Of a stretch of 64,000 nt of DNA, positions 63,247 to 64,000 are shown in pieces. The first letter of the stretch is position 1. The number at the start of each line of letters is the position of its first letter. Below the pieces are notes generated by a model. It worked only from the letters and a program-made list of their open reading frames with translations, was not told the origin of the DNA and did no database searches. The DNA comes from Bacteroidales bacterium (GTDB lineage Bacteria > Bacteroidota > Bacteroidia > Bacteroidales > CAIWKO01): assembly GCA_035389045.1 (NCBI GenBank), contig DAOORA010000002.1, positions 14,957-78,956 of the forward strand. The letters run 5' to 3'. Position numbers and translations under genes: made by a program.

Positions 63247-64000
63247 ATGAATCATGCCGAAAAAATTGCAAAAGAACTTGGTTTACAAAAACGCCAGGTT
63301 GAAAATACCATATACCTGTTAAACAATGGCGCAACGATACCCTTTATTGCGCGTTACCGCAAAGAGCTGACCGGTTCGCTCGATGAGGTCGGCATCGGAA
63401 ATATCCGCGACAGGAGCCACCAGCTTGTTGAACTGGACAAACGCCGTGACAGTATACTGGAATCCATAAAAGAACAGGACAAACTGACTCCGGACTTAGA
63501 AAAATCAATTCTTGCGGCTGAAACCATGTCGGAACTGGAAGACCTGTATCTACCCTATAAGCCTAAACGTAAAACACGTGCCACCATTGCAAAAGCCAAA
63601 GGGCTGGAACCTCTGGCAGAAATAATTTTGAGGCAGGATGATTTGGATATTTTGGCCAAAGCGCTCGAGTTTATTGATGAAGAAAAAGGGGTACACAATG
63701 CAGACGAGGCCATTGCAGGGGCTTGCGACATCATAGCCGAATGGATCAGCGAAAACCAGCAGGTGCGCTCGCGGATTAGGATACTTTTTGAAAAAGAATC
63801 GGTTATAACTTCCAAAGTAGCCAAAGGCAAAGAGATCGAAGGCCGCAACTATGAGATGTATTATGAAATGAACGAACCACTGATAAAATCTCCCTCCCAT
63901 CGTCTTCTGGCCATGCTCCGGGGCGAGGCAGAAGGTTTTCTGAAGATTTCCATAGAACCATCTTCCGAAAAAGCTATTGAAATCATGGAACGGCACATTC
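63247..64000 (+). CDS. tex: Tex-like transcription accessory protein (S1 RNA-binding family), 3'-truncated by the window edge
   Basis: Absent from the ORF track because it is open to the window end. Manual translation from the ATG at 63247 gives MNHAEKIAKELGLQKRQVENTIYLLNNGATIPFIARYRKELTGSLDEV..., the canonical Tex N-terminus (TIPFIARYRKE). A TATCTTTG promoter-like motif lies ~25 nt upstream. Confidence 0.85.
   Translation, partial: MNHAEKIAKELGLQKRQVENTIYLLNNGATIPFIARYRKELTGSLDEVGIGNIRDRSHQLVELDKRRDSILESIKEQDKLTPDLEKSILAAETMSELEDLYLPYKPKRKTRATIAKAKGLEPLAEIILRQDDLDILAKALEFIDEEKGVHNADEAIAGACDIIAEWISENQQVRSRIRILFEKESVITSKVAKGKEIEGRNYEMYYEMNEPLIKSPSHRLLAMLRGEAEGFLKISIEPSSEKAIEIMERHI

Overview
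This is a low-GC, Bacteroidota-like chromosomal window. Support for that origin: a protein with a T9SS C-terminal sorting domain, TAnnTTTG promoter motifs ahead of both tRNAs, and the overall gene content. The window splits at tRNA-Ala(GGC), 32469..32542.

Left of the tRNA (1..32.5 kb) is accessory DNA:
- (i) A divergent cluster: an Hsp70-like ATPase, two TPR proteins, two paralogous lipoproteins and a TPR-CHAT (caspase-like) protein.
- (ii) Small membrane-protein genes, one apparently frameshifted at a homopolymer, and a metallophosphoesterase.
- (iii) A defence island. It holds a GmrSD-like DUF262/DUF1524 enzyme and a tightly coupled 4-gene operon. The operon encodes a 1714-aa SF2 helicase (with a DUF1998-like module and a C-terminal Vsr/DUF559-like nuclease), an SNF2 helicase, a 1356-aa N6-adenine methyltransferase and an M48-like peptidase. 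I read this operon as an atypical class-1 DISARM-like system. It looks GC-richer than its surroundings and is internally mosaic.
- (iv) An IS66 remnant, about 0.9 kb of AT-rich repeat-bearing noncoding DNA, an HTH gene, and a large serine recombinase whose ORF ends inside the tRNA.

Right of the tRNA (32.6..64 kb) is mostly housekeeping: thpR, tRNA-Gln, rimP-nusA-infB, slyD, msrA, gcvP, hppA, a nucleoside permease, gap and tex. Two carrier-protein-centred accessory operons interrupt it. One encodes radical SAM / BtrH-like / ABC / ACP proteins. The other encodes an adenylation enzyme / carrier / GNAT / AAC(3)-like / deacetylase-like proteins.

All functional calls come from motifs readable in the translations; no database search was run. 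Two edge-truncated genes absent from the ORF track (1..1297 minus, 63247..64000 plus) were found by manual translation. Hand-derived coordinates (tRNAs, repeats, motifs) may be off by 1-2 nt.
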